56,217 nucleotides of DNA from an uncultured Clostridia bacterium (GTDB lineage Bacteria; Bacillota; Clostridia; Christensenellales; CAMQZB01): positions 1 through 56,217 of the forward strand of contig CAZIPL010000006.1 of assembly GCA_964541255.1 (NCBI GenBank). Direction: 5' to 3'. Both the position numbers and the translations under genes were made by a program. Below are positions 47,751 through 56,217 of this stretch, piece after piece. Numbering within the stretch: the first letter of the stretch is position 1; the number at the start of each line of letters is the position of its first letter. The notes beneath the pieces are model-generated. The model searched no databases and was not told the origin of the DNA. It saw nothing but the letters and a program-made list of their open reading frames with translations.

Positions 47751-48388
47751 AATCTATACCCGACTCCGAATACCGTTTCTATCTTTACGCCGAGTTTTCT
47801 CAGCCTTGCGACGTGATTGTCAAGAGTCCTCGTTTCGCCCGTATCATATCCCCAAACGACACTCAAAAGCTTTTCTCTCGTCAGAACCTTTCCTTGGTTT
47901 TGCATGAATACCTTCAAAAGCTCCATTTCTTTGCGATTGAGCGTTACCGATTTTCCGCCTATTTTGCAGGAAAACGTTTCGATATTAAGCGTTATGTCTG
48001 AAACTTTCAAAACGGAATTGTTCGAAGTTCTCCTTAAACACGCGTTTACCCTCGCGACAAGCTCCAAAACGGAAAAAGGCTTTGCAAGATAATCGTCCGC
48101 GCCTAAGTTTAATCCGTTGACTTTATCCTCTTCTTTGCTAAGCGCCGACAGCATTATGCACGCTATCGTCGGGTCTTTTTCTTTCACGCATTTCAACGCG
48201 TCAAGTCCGCTTCCGTCGGGAAGCATAATATCCAAAAGCGCAACGTCGGGACGGGACGTTTTTATCTTTTCGACAAACTCTTTCACTGTCGAAAAGGCTT
48301 CTACAGAAGAGCCGTTCATTTCAAGCGCTACTTTCACAAGCCCCGAAATGCTTTGGTCGTCTTCCAAAATAAATATATTTCCTTTCAT
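47747..48388 (-). CDS. OmpR/PhoB-family response regulator (PhoP-like)
   Basis: ILEDD, LLDIMLP, GADDYLAKPF, winged helix TRTLDNHV.RLR, TVFGVGY. Confidence 0.93.
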   Translation of the reverse strand: MKGNIFILEDDQSISGLVKVALEMNGSSVEAFSTVKEFVEKIKTSRPDVALLDIMLPDGSGLDALKCVKEKDPTIACIMLSALSKEEDKVNGLNLGADDYLAKPFSVLELVARVNACLRRTSNNSVLKVSDITLNIETFSCKIGGKSVTLNRKEMELLKVFMQNQGKVLTREKLLSVVWGYDTGETRTLDNHVARLRKLGVKIETVFGVGYRL

Positions 48389-48450
48389 TTAACCCTCCTT
48401 TTTGCATTGTACTATTTTTATTAAAGATTGCCAAACGCTTGCACGCGATT

Positions 48451-50112
48451 TTACAAATCCTTGACGGTGTTGACGATATTTATCAAGTGATCCGCAACTC
48501 TCTCGATATTCGACGACAAAGACAAAAACTGCGCTCCGACCTCGGGCGTACATTCGTTCTTTTCAAGCCTGATTATATGGTTCTTCGCCATCTCGTCCGT
48601 TCCGTCGTCGACGCTTTCCTCTATCTCCATAGCTCTTTTTATCGGCAAAACGTCGGAGTTTTTATACGCCGTAAAAACGACTCCGAAAAGCTCGTCAACC
48701 TTTTCTTTTAACGATACGATTTCTCTGACGGCTTTTTCGGAAAAAGCCTCGCCGCAAGATATAAGCGTTTCGGCGTATTCCGTGATATTCTCGGCATAGT
48801 CTCCTATTCTTTCGACGTCGGAAACCGAGCGAATCGCAGATGATAGATATATCTTGTCTTTTTCCGACAAATCCGCACTTAGAAGCTTCGCGATAAAGCT
48901 ATTGAGCTTTTTATGTACGCCGTCCAAAAATGCTTCGTTCTCTTCAAACGTTTTCTTTTTCGACATATCGAGAGAGCAAATCATATCTATCGCAAGATTA
49001 AAGTTTGTTTTCGCAACATTTGCCATATTGATTATTTCGTTCTTTATCTCATAAGTTGCAATTGCGGGAGTTACCAAAAGATGTTCGTCGACGTATTTGA
49101 GCTTATCGCTTACGCTTGTTTTCTCTTTTTTATCGGGAAGTATTTTCGTTACCGCAAAAACAAGAGAATTCGTAAAGGGCAAAACCGCAACGACGGTCGT
49201 TACGTTGAAAATCGTATGGAACATCGCCATTTGTATCTGCGGAGCATTGGGGAACATCGCCTCGAAAAGCATTCCGTAATCTATGTTAAACACGCTCAAA
49301 ATAAGTCCAGCAATCGAAAAAAGAATAACTCCGCCGACATTGAAAAACAAATGTATAAGCGCAGTTCTTTGTGCGTTTTTGGTACTCGTAATTCCTGCCA
49401 ATATCGCCGTAACGCACGTTCCGATATTGGCTCCCATAGTCAAATAAATGCCTTGATTTAAGGAAATAAGCCCCGTTATTACCATGGTTATCGTCATCGA
49501 CGTCATGACGGAAGAGCTTTGGATTATACCCGTAATGACTGCGCCCGCCAAAACAAGAACGAGCGGATTTTTGAACGTTGCGAGAAAAGCTTTCACCGCT
49601 TGGTTTTCGGAGAAAAACTTCATCGAATCGCTCATAACGGAAAGCCCCACGAAAAGCACGCCGAAGCCTGCGAGTATTCCGCCTATTTTTTGAAGCTTAT
49701 CGCTTTTCGAAAACGCTAAAACAAACGCTCCGACACCTGCGACGGAAGAAAAAATTACGGAAGTCGAAACAGTGTCTCCCAAAAGTCCCAACGCAACAAG
49801 CTGCCCCGTGACGGTCGTCCCGATGTTAGCCCCGAAAATCACGGTCGCGGCTTGCGTCAAGGTCATTATCCCGGCGTTGACAAAGCCTATCACCATAACG
49901 CTTGTAGCTGACGAGCTTTGAATTACGGCGGTCGTAAAAAGTCCGATTCCTACCCCGGCGAATTTATTGTCCGTCGTTTTCGAAAACAGCTTTTTGAGCT
50001 TGTCGCTCCCGATAGCTTCCAAGTTCGAACTCATCATGGTGCAACCTATCAAAAAAACGCCAACGCCTGCAACAAGCATCAAAATTGACGAGATAATCTC
50101 TATGTCGTTCAT
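48451..50112 (-). CDS. Na/Pi cotransporter (PnaS family) with C-terminal PhoU-like domains
   Basis: Two QSSS repeats, two GANIGT motifs, ERIGD/ERVADH PhoU motifs. Confidence 0.93.
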   Translation of the reverse strand: MNDIEIISSILMLVAGVGVFLIGCTMMSSNLEAIGSDKLKKLFSKTTDNKFAGVGIGLFTTAVIQSSSATSVMVIGFVNAGIMTLTQAATVIFGANIGTTVTGQLVALGLLGDTVSTSVIFSSVAGVGAFVLAFSKSDKLQKIGGILAGFGVLFVGLSVMSDSMKFFSENQAVKAFLATFKNPLVLVLAGAVITGIIQSSSVMTSMTITMVITGLISLNQGIYLTMGANIGTCVTAILAGITSTKNAQRTALIHLFFNVGGVILFSIAGLILSVFNIDYGMLFEAMFPNAPQIQMAMFHTIFNVTTVVAVLPFTNSLVFAVTKILPDKKEKTSVSDKLKYVDEHLLVTPAIATYEIKNEIINMANVAKTNFNLAIDMICSLDMSKKKTFEENEAFLDGVHKKLNSFIAKLLSADLSEKDKIYLSSAIRSVSDVERIGDYAENITEYAETLISCGEAFSEKAVREIVSLKEKVDELFGVVFTAYKNSDVLPIKRAMEIEESVDDGTDEMAKNHIIRLEKNECTPEVGAQFLSLSSNIERVADHLINIVNTVKDL

Positions 50113-50161
50113 TGCTTTTATCTCCTTTCATACAATAATCATAGTAATCTTATCGAAAGGA

Positions 50162-50201
50162 TGTAATAATAAAACGCCGCAATTTGTAATAAAAAAGTAA
50201 A
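50162..50201 (-). promoter_or_regulatory. Putative Pho box
   Basis: Minus strand TTTACT-N5-ATTACA (11-bp spacing) with another ATTACA 23 bp downstream, upstream of the Na/Pi gene. Confidence 0.4.
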
Positions 50202-50322
50202 AACGCTTGAATGATACTTAATATTACCCTATATTATGAGCGAGTTTAACTTTAGATTGCAAATTAATTGTGTTAAAACTCCATTGCGGGACGACCAATA
50301 GACAACCACAAAAATCGCTTTA

Positions 50323-50898
50323 TTAAAAGCGAAAATACATAAACAGCACTTGGTAAAGCTTTTCTTTTTTCAGCACTTTTTGCGCATATTCTCGCGTTTC
50401 TTTGAAAGGAATATCGTTGATTTTCAAGTCTTCTTTTGACAGAATTTCGCTTTTTTGCCACCTATCGACGTTTCCCTCGCCTGCGTTATATGCGATTATC
50501 GCTAAATTTATATCGTTATATCGAACAATAAGCTCTTTAAGCTTTGCCGTTCCAACAAGTAGATTTATCTCTTTTTTGAATAAATCGACCCTTTCTATCT
50601 TTATATTAAGATTTTCGGCAGTCTCCTTTGCAGTTTCCGGCATAAGCTGCATAAGACCTATCGCGCCCTTTTTCGAAACGGCGGTTTCGTCAAAAGAGCT
50701 TTCGACGTCGATAACGGCAAATAGCAAGGACTTTTCTACCTCAAAAGACGTAGATAGCTTCTCTACGTAAGGATATAGGTTTTTTATCGCGATATATCTT
50801 TTATGGATTTTAGGAAAAATCGCCGCAAACGCTGTTACGAAAAGCAACAACGCCGCGGCGACGTAAAAAATTCTATATTCTGTTTTTGTATTTTTCAA
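50323..50898 (-). CDS. Lytic transglycosylase (SLT domain)
   Basis: AVIDVESSF, GAIGLMQLMP.TA, AYNAGEGNV, PFKETREY. Start uncertain (TTG 50898 with GAGGTG, or 50922). Confidence 0.9.
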   Translation of the reverse strand: MKNTKTEYRIFYVAAALLLFVTAFAAIFPKIHKRYIAIKNLYPYVEKLSTSFEVEKSLLFAVIDVESSFDETAVSKKGAIGLMQLMPETAKETAENLNIKIERVDLFKKEINLLVGTAKLKELIVRYNDINLAIIAYNAGEGNVDRWQKSEILSKEDLKINDIPFKETREYAQKVLKKEKLYQVLFMYFRF

Positions 50899-51454
50899 GC
50901 TCAAGCGACACCTCGTTTTCAAGCTCTGTTAAGCTTAAATCGTTATGTATTATTACGTCGCTTTTGCTTATTTTATTCTCGTCGGGTAATTGAGCGTCGA
51001 TACGCTTTTTCGCTAGTATTTCGTCGTAGCCGTTCCTTAAAAAAAGCCTTTTTATTTTCGTTTCTTCCTTTGCTACGACAAGCCAGATTTCGTCGAACAT
51101 ATCCGATAGATTCGCTTCGAACAGAAGTGGACATTCGACGAATACGTCCCTCTTTTGCTCTTTTGCCTTTTCTAAGGTTTTTCTTATTATTATCGGGTGG
51201 AGAATTTCGTTTAGCGTATTTAGCTTTTCCTTATCGGCAAAAACTATACTTCTAAGCTTTTCTTTGTCGATACTTCCATTCGAAACAATCTCTTCTCCGA
51301 ACGCTTCTTTAAGGGAATCTTTCCCCTCTAAATACGCGCCGTCCGTAAGCTCGTCCATATTTATCGTCGGAAAGCTCTTTGCGATTATTTTCATTACTTG
51401 CGATTTTCCGCTTCCTATACCGCCCGTTACGCCGATAAGTTTATTTTGCCTCAT
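50873..51454 (-). CDS. coaE: Dephospho-CoA kinase
   Basis: IGVTGGIGSGKS, LN.ILHP, PLLFE; follows polA. Confidence 0.95.
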   Translation of the reverse strand: MRQNKLIGVTGGIGSGKSQVMKIIAKSFPTINMDELTDGAYLEGKDSLKEAFGEEIVSNGSIDKEKLRSIVFADKEKLNTLNEILHPIIIRKTLEKAKEQKRDVFVECPLLFEANLSDMFDEIWLVVAKEETKIKRLFLRNGYDEILAKKRIDAQLPDENKISKSDVIIHNDLSLTELENEVSLELEKYKNRI

Positions 51455-53990
51455 ACCAACTCTCCCCGTATGCGATATTGACGGTAAGCGGAACGTTCAG
51501 TTTGACGGCGCTTTCCATCTCTTCTTTCAAAATCTTGTTAACTTTATCGAACTCTTCGGGCAAACAATCTACGATAAGCTCGTCGTGAACCTGCAAGATA
51601 AGTTTTGACTTAATGTTTTCACGCATAAACCTTGCGTAAACCTTATTCATAGCGATTTTGATTATATCCGCCGCGCTTCCCTGAAGAGGCATATTCATCG
51701 CCGCTCTTTCGCCGAACGATCGCTGAACGAAGTTGTTGGAGCGTATTTCTTTGATAACCCTTCTTCTTCCCGTTATCGTCGAAACATATCCGCTTGTCTT
51801 TGCTTTTTCGACGTTACCGTCCATATACGCTTTGACGGCAGGATACATTTCGAAGTATCTCGCGATATATTGCCCAGCTTGCTTTCTCGTGATATGCAAT
51901 TGGTTCGCCAAGCCGTAATCGGATATTCCGTATATGATTCCGAAATTGACCGCTTTCGATGCTCTTCGCATAGAGTCGGTTACTTCATCAAGCGGTACGC
52001 CGAAGACAGAAGAAGCGGTCTTTGCGTGAATGTCACGACTTTCGTTATATGCTTGCAAAAGCTCCTCGTCTTTCGAAAAATGCGCCAAAAGCCTAAGCTC
52101 TATCTGCGAATAATCCGCCGACACTATCAAATTACCCGCCTTTGACGGCACGAAAAGCTTTCTCAAATCCTTGCCATCGTCCGTTCTCACTGGAATATTT
52201 TGCAAATTCGGCTCTTTCGAAGAAAGTCGCCCCGTCACCGTGAGTGCTTGATTGAAGACGGTATGAATCTTGTTGTCGGACGAAATCTGCCCTCTCAAAC
52301 CCAAGACGTAAGTTGACATAAGCTTTGCTATTTTTCTATATCGCAAAATAAGCGGTACGACGGGGTGCTTATCCTCTATCTTTTCAAGGACGTCCGCCGC
52401 CGTGGACGGTGCTTTGCCTCCTTTTTTCGTCTGCAAAAGCCCTAAGCGAGAAAGCACTTCTCCGAGCTGTTTGGGTGAATTTATATTGAAATCCTCCCCC
52501 GCGGCATTGTGTATCTCGTCGGTTAGTTCCGAAAGTTCTCTTCCGAATCTTTTTTCAAGCTCGTCCAAAACGTCGCTGTCAACCGTAAATCCCACCTTTT
52601 CCATATCGAATAATACGTCCGTCAACGGAAGTTCGACGTCGTAATACAAGCTTTCCAAATCAAGCTCTTTCAAGCTGTTTTTTAAGTTGTCTTTGATAGC
52701 GAGCATCGCGCCCGCACTAACGCATTCTTCATAGCCGTAATACTTCAAAAGGGCGGGCAAAGTGTTTACCGTGCTTTCGAAGTTCACTACGTATTGCATA
52801 AGAGACAGATCGTTTTTGACGTTCTTTGCCGTTATTCCGAACGCTTCGAGATAATAAGTAAACGCCTTTTTGTCGTAAACGGTCTTTTCTACTTTCTCGT
52901 TTTCAAAAACAACCGCAAGCTCTTTGATAAGAGCGTCTTCGCTTACCCCAGAGAAAAAGTCGAGCATAAGCAAAACTTTATAGCAACAATTCGGAGAAAA
53001 GGCGAATGTAAGGCTCTTTTCGTCGAACGAAAGCTCTTTTTTATCCGCGTTTTCTTTAATAACCTTTCTAAGGTCGTCGATATTGTCTATCGTTATCGTT
53101 TCGATGTTTATCGCTTCAGTCTCTTTCCCGTCGGAGTCGAAAAACTCCGTTCTTTTCAAAAGAGACTTGAATTCGAATTTCTCGAAAAGCTCAGTCGTCT
53201 CTTTCGGGAAAGGCAAAACGAGAGTCATTTCGTCTAAGGAATAATCTATCGGCACGTTGCAGTTTATCGTAGCAAGCGTTTTCGACATAATAGACGACTG
53301 TTCTCCGTCGATAAGCTTTGTTTTCAGCGCGCCTTTTATCTCGTCGATATGCTCGTATACACCCTCTCTCGTTCCATAGGTAGCGATGAGGTTAAGTGCG
53401 GTCTTTTCGCCTACGCCTTTGACGCCGGGGATATTATCCGACGTATCCCCCATAAGGGACTTCAAATCGATTATCTGGCTCGGAGTTAAGCCCTTTTCGT
53501 CGAAAAGGTTCTGAACGTCCATTTTCGCCAAATCCGTTATTCCCTTTTTGGTAATATAAACCGTCGTCGTATCGGAAATAAGCTGCAAATAGTCGTTATC
53601 CCCCGTCAGAACGACAGTCTCGCCCTGATATGCCAAGGCAAGCGTTCCGACGATGTCATCCGCCTCGTAGCCCTCGAGCTCAAAGTATTTTATCTTCATT
53701 GCGGAAAGCATTTTTTTGATAAGCGGAACCTGAACGCGAAGCTCTTCGGGCATCGGGTGTCGGGTTGCTTTATAGCCGTCATACATCTTATGACGAAATG
53801 TGGGCGCGTGAACGTCGAACGCAACGGCGATATATTTCGGCGAAAAGTCCGTGATCGCTTTCAAAAGCATATTCGTAAAGCCGAAAATCGCATTCGTCGG
53901 AGTTCCGTCCTTCATCGAAAAACTACCGGGAGTTGCATAAAATGCACGGTTGAACAAGCTGTTTCCGTCTATCAATAAAAGTTTTTCCAT
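51441..53990 (-). CDS. polA: DNA polymerase I
   Basis: LIDGNSL..RAFYA 5'-3' exonuclease, GDTSDNIPGV, TGRLSS.EPNLQNIP, ADYSQIELR, KAVNFGIIYG, LQVHDEL. Confidence 0.98.
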   Translation of the reverse strand: MEKLLLIDGNSLFNRAFYATPGSFSMKDGTPTNAIFGFTNMLLKAITDFSPKYIAVAFDVHAPTFRHKMYDGYKATRHPMPEELRVQVPLIKKMLSAMKIKYFELEGYEADDIVGTLALAYQGETVVLTGDNDYLQLISDTTTVYITKKGITDLAKMDVQNLFDEKGLTPSQIIDLKSLMGDTSDNIPGVKGVGEKTALNLIATYGTREGVYEHIDEIKGALKTKLIDGEQSSIMSKTLATINCNVPIDYSLDEMTLVLPFPKETTELFEKFEFKSLLKRTEFFDSDGKETEAINIETITIDNIDDLRKVIKENADKKELSFDEKSLTFAFSPNCCYKVLLMLDFFSGVSEDALIKELAVVFENEKVEKTVYDKKAFTYYLEAFGITAKNVKNDLSLMQYVVNFESTVNTLPALLKYYGYEECVSAGAMLAIKDNLKNSLKELDLESLYYDVELPLTDVLFDMEKVGFTVDSDVLDELEKRFGRELSELTDEIHNAAGEDFNINSPKQLGEVLSRLGLLQTKKGGKAPSTAADVLEKIEDKHPVVPLILRYRKIAKLMSTYVLGLRGQISSDNKIHTVFNQALTVTGRLSSKEPNLQNIPVRTDDGKDLRKLFVPSKAGNLIVSADYSQIELRLLAHFSKDEELLQAYNESRDIHAKTASSVFGVPLDEVTDSMRRASKAVNFGIIYGISDYGLANQLHITRKQAGQYIARYFEMYPAVKAYMDGNVEKAKTSGYVSTITGRRRVIKEIRSNNFVQRSFGERAAMNMPLQGSAADIIKIAMNKVYARFMRENIKSKLILQVHDELIVDCLPEEFDKVNKILKEEMESAVKLNVPLTVNIAYGESWYEAK

Positions 53991-54068
53991 TCTTACCTCG
54001 ATTTTTTTTGCAAAAATGCCGATATTTTCTTGCCAAATCGCTTTCGGTATGCTAAAATATTTGAGCGT

Positions 54069-54155
54069 GCCGAAATGGTGGAATTGGCAGACGCGCCGGA
54101 CTCAAAATCCTGTGTTGGCAACAACGTGTGGGTTCAAGTCCCACTTTCGGCACCA
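54069..54155 (+). tRNA. tRNA-Leu(CAA)
   Basis: GCCGAAA/TTTCGGC acceptor stem, CT-CAA-AA anticodon loop, long variable arm, GGTTCAAGTCC, encoded CCA; TTGCCA-17-TAAAAT promoter upstream. Confidence 0.95.
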
Positions 54156-54161
54156 AAAAGA

Positions 54162-54197
54162 AAATTCAGTCGAAACGCTTTCGGCTGAATTTTTTTA
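54162..54197 (+). terminator. Terminator after tRNA-Leu
   Basis: AAATTCAGTCGAAA-cgc-TTTCGGCTGAATTTTTTT. Confidence 0.8.
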
Positions 54198-54386
54198 TGC
54201 CTATTTAGCGTTTTGACTACTTTTCGAAAAGTAGTCTCTTTTATATTGTACCACAAAATCAAGCCATAAAACTAGGGCTATTTAATTATACACGAAATCT
54301 TATTCTTCGTAAAGCGTTTTTGAAAACGCGACGTTATCAATTGAAAGGCAAGGCGACTCAAAGCCGTATTTTTAGATATTTAAAAT

Positions 54387-54480
54387 AAAGCTTTGCGAAG
54401 TTATATTAGCAAAAGTTTAAAAATTCCGCATAAAAGACGCCTTTTAGGTTCAATCGTACGAGACTATCAATGGATAGCTT
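54387..54480. repeat. Degenerate direct repeat, copy A
   Basis: AAAGCTTTGCgAAGT..TATTAG...AAAAGACGcCTTTTAG..TCA...CGAGACTATCAATGGATA; matches 55851-55938. Confidence 0.75.
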
Positions 54481-54600
54481 CGAAGCATACAAACTTTTCG
54501 ATATAAAGAAAAAGGTCTGATTGCGTTTTGAATCAAACCTATGCTTTTCTTATGTTATCGAAGTATTTTGATTTAAGTCATGCGTATCCGCAAAATACGC

Positions 54601-55713
54601 TCAAATAAATCTTTCTATCTTAACGCTATATATATAAAGATCATCCCAGTTGCGGCGAACGACGATTTCTGCCGTGCAATTTGTGTTGTCAAAAACTATC
54701 GACCATTGCGTATTGCTCGTGATGTCCGTTTCGCTTGGCAGTTGTGCGGCGACCTTTAGGGCATCCCAAGCCGTGTTATAGGTGTAATTTCCCTCTTGTT
54801 CGCTTAACACTTCTTTAATGGCGTCATACCTTTCTTTTCCGTGACCGTATATACCGTTTCTTTGGTTCGGCAATACTTTATCCGCATAGAGCGTATAGAA
54901 ATTTGTTACGACGTCGACAGAGGTTGCCACCAATTCTCGAGTTTCACTCTCGCAATCCCATTCAACGACTTTACCGTTGCCGGACGCGTCATTGATATAG
55001 AAGTGGTAATCTTTTCCGGAAGAAGCAAACATATCATACGATTTTAGAAGAACAATAGCTTCTTCGGTCGTGGCAGCTCTATCGAGCACTAAGCGTATGG
55101 CAAGTGTAGTAAAGATTGTGTCTTTTTCGGTTTGTTGGAAAACAGGTTCGCTGTCGACTACGAGTACCGCTATGGAAACACCTTTTTCATTTATTCCGTC
55201 AAGACAAATGAACGGTGTGGTCAAAGTAGCAAGTTTTTTTGAAATACCGGACAACGGTTTGTCTGCCTTTACGTTGTTTAATGCCGCAAATGCAATGGAT
55301 TTATAGCCGTTTTTAGGCGAACAACGCACAAGCATTACGGATGTATTCTTTTTGAAGTCATAATTACGCCCCATTAAGTTGTTGCCGTCGGTAGTTGTCA
55401 TGCTAAAAGCAGAGCAAGAAAACGACGGCGCTTCCATTTTAACAGGCAGTAAAGGTAACGCTTCTTTTAGAATTGCGTCAAACATGTCTTGATTGCTTTC
55501 AATGCCATAATCAATAATGTCTTCGATGGAATAATCATAGTTGATTTCCATTGTGTAAAGATCGTATTCGTCTTCGTAAGAAGTAATCTTTTCAATAGAA
55601 TTAATCGTGCTAAAACGCGATGCGTAGATACACACAAAAGTAAGTACCAAAACAAAAACAAGACCTATAACTCCTAATACCGACCACAATATTACCTTTT
55701 TTGCTTTTGACAT
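54601..55713 (-). CDS. Membrane-anchored Ntn hydrolase (linear amide C-N hydrolase / choloylglycine hydrolase / acid ceramidase-like)
   Basis: N-terminal TM, internal CSAF (post-cleavage Cys nucleophile), MGRNYDF, LDGINEKG, RLVLD.A.T.EEA, TQWSIVFD. Confidence 0.85.
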   Translation of the reverse strand: MSKAKKVILWSVLGVIGLVFVLVLTFVCIYASRFSTINSIEKITSYEDEYDLYTMEINYDYSIEDIIDYGIESNQDMFDAILKEALPLLPVKMEAPSFSCSAFSMTTTDGNNLMGRNYDFKKNTSVMLVRCSPKNGYKSIAFAALNNVKADKPLSGISKKLATLTTPFICLDGINEKGVSIAVLVVDSEPVFQQTEKDTIFTTLAIRLVLDRAATTEEAIVLLKSYDMFASSGKDYHFYINDASGNGKVVEWDCESETRELVATSVDVVTNFYTLYADKVLPNQRNGIYGHGKERYDAIKEVLSEQEGNYTYNTAWDALKVAAQLPSETDITSNTQWSIVFDNTNCTAEIVVRRNWDDLYIYSVKIERFI

Positions 55714-55850
55714 ATTATTCCCCCGATAAATATATTTTCTTTATCATGTGTATTTTATTATAAACAATATGCGAGTGTCAATCCATACGTCCAAAAAAAA
55801 TTAACGAAACAGAAAATTCCCGAGTTACGCTCAACAATTAAACTACAAAC

Positions 55851-55938
55851 AAAGCTTTGCAAAGTCGTATTAGATTTTGCTAAATGAACTAAAAAGACGT
55901 CTTTTAGACTCATTGCGAGACTATCAATGGATAAACTT
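55851..55938. repeat. Degenerate direct repeat, copy B
   Basis: Shares an 18-bp exact core CGAGACTATCAATGGATA and two further blocks with 54387-54480. Confidence 0.75.
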
Positions 55939-56022
55939 GATAATAATTTATTCTATAATTGCTTTTTATATTAAAACCCACCAAAAAGGCAAATTATAAA
56001 ACTAAGTGCAACACATAGGAAT

Positions 56023-56053
56023 AAAAAAAAAGTCTTGACATCGTATCAAGACT
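56023..56053 (-). terminator. Terminator of the tRNA operon
   Basis: AGTCTTGA-tacgatg-TCAAGACT followed by a T run on the minus strand. Confidence 0.8.
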
Positions 56054-56060
56054 ATCTTAC

Positions 56061-56135
56061 TGGAGGTGCCACCCAGATTTGAACTGGGGAATAAAGGTTT
56101 TGCAGACCTTGGCCTTACCACTTGGCTATGGCACC
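56061..56135 (-). tRNA. tRNA-Cys(GCA)
   Basis: GGTGCCA/TGGCACC acceptor stem, CT-GCA-AA loop, GTTCAAAT, discriminator T + CCA. Confidence 0.96.
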
Positions 56136-56151
56136 TCATAATAAAAAAAAA

Positions 56152-56217
56152 TGGAGCGGGAAACGGGATTCGGACCCGCGACATTTGCCTTGGCAAGGCA
56201 ACGCTCTACCACTGAGC
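56152..56217 (-). tRNA. tRNA-Gly(GCC), 5' end outside the window
   Basis: GCTCAGTGGTAGAGC D-arm, TTGCC-TT-GCC-AA-GGCAA anticodon arm, TCCA end; T-loop reads TCCGAAT. Confidence 0.9.

Noticed and set aside
54096-54112. C:U mismatch in the tRNA-Leu anticodon stem as a sign of a pseudogene
   Set aside because: A single mismatch only. Promoter, other arms, CCA and terminator are intact.
54069-56217. Integrative element or prophage at the tRNA genes
   Set aside because: No integrase, and no duplicated tRNA 3' end (att site) was seen. Only the direct-repeat-flanked single gene is reported.
1-56217. CRISPR array, transposase or defence system
   Set aside because: No regularly spaced repeats and no cas, transposase, restriction-modification or toxin-antitoxin genes were recognised.

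Overview
A 56 kb chromosomal segment of a spore-forming Clostridia-type (Bacillota) bacterium. It contains no integrase, transposase, prophage or CRISPR array that I could see. (1) 1-8196 is a sulfoquinovose (SQ) catabolic locus. A divergent MelB/GPH symporter (missed by the ORF track) sits opposite a YihQ-like GH31, an RpiB-family isomerase, a Fe-dependent alcohol dehydrogenase, a fucose-isomerase-like SQ isomerase, a DUF4867 protein and a ROK regulator. This is the sulfo-transketolase (sulfo-TK) gene set without the transketolase or a sulfonate exporter. (2) A domain-permuted GH3 glycosidase follows. (3) A germination/sporulation block holds gerKA-KB-KC, a 48-aa unannotated ORF, spoIIR-sleB-orf-ypeB behind a sigmaF-type promoter, and a collagen-like gene with a sigmaK-type promoter. 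(4) An orphan Na+-pumping decarboxylase beta+gamma pair has a candidate Na+ (DUF1646-type) riboswitch. (5) Housekeeping genes include ppi, rluA, a type-2 ileS, gltS, a plsC-like gene, the large SRP RNA, DUF1538 plus two PII-like genes, asd-dapA-dapB under an unusually short lysine riboswitch, a Na/Pi transporter with a PhoP/PhoR-like pair, polA-coaE-slt and three tRNAs. (6) An Ntn-hydrolase gene is bracketed by degenerate ~90-bp direct repeats between tRNA genes. All family calls come from motif recognition by eye, not database searches.
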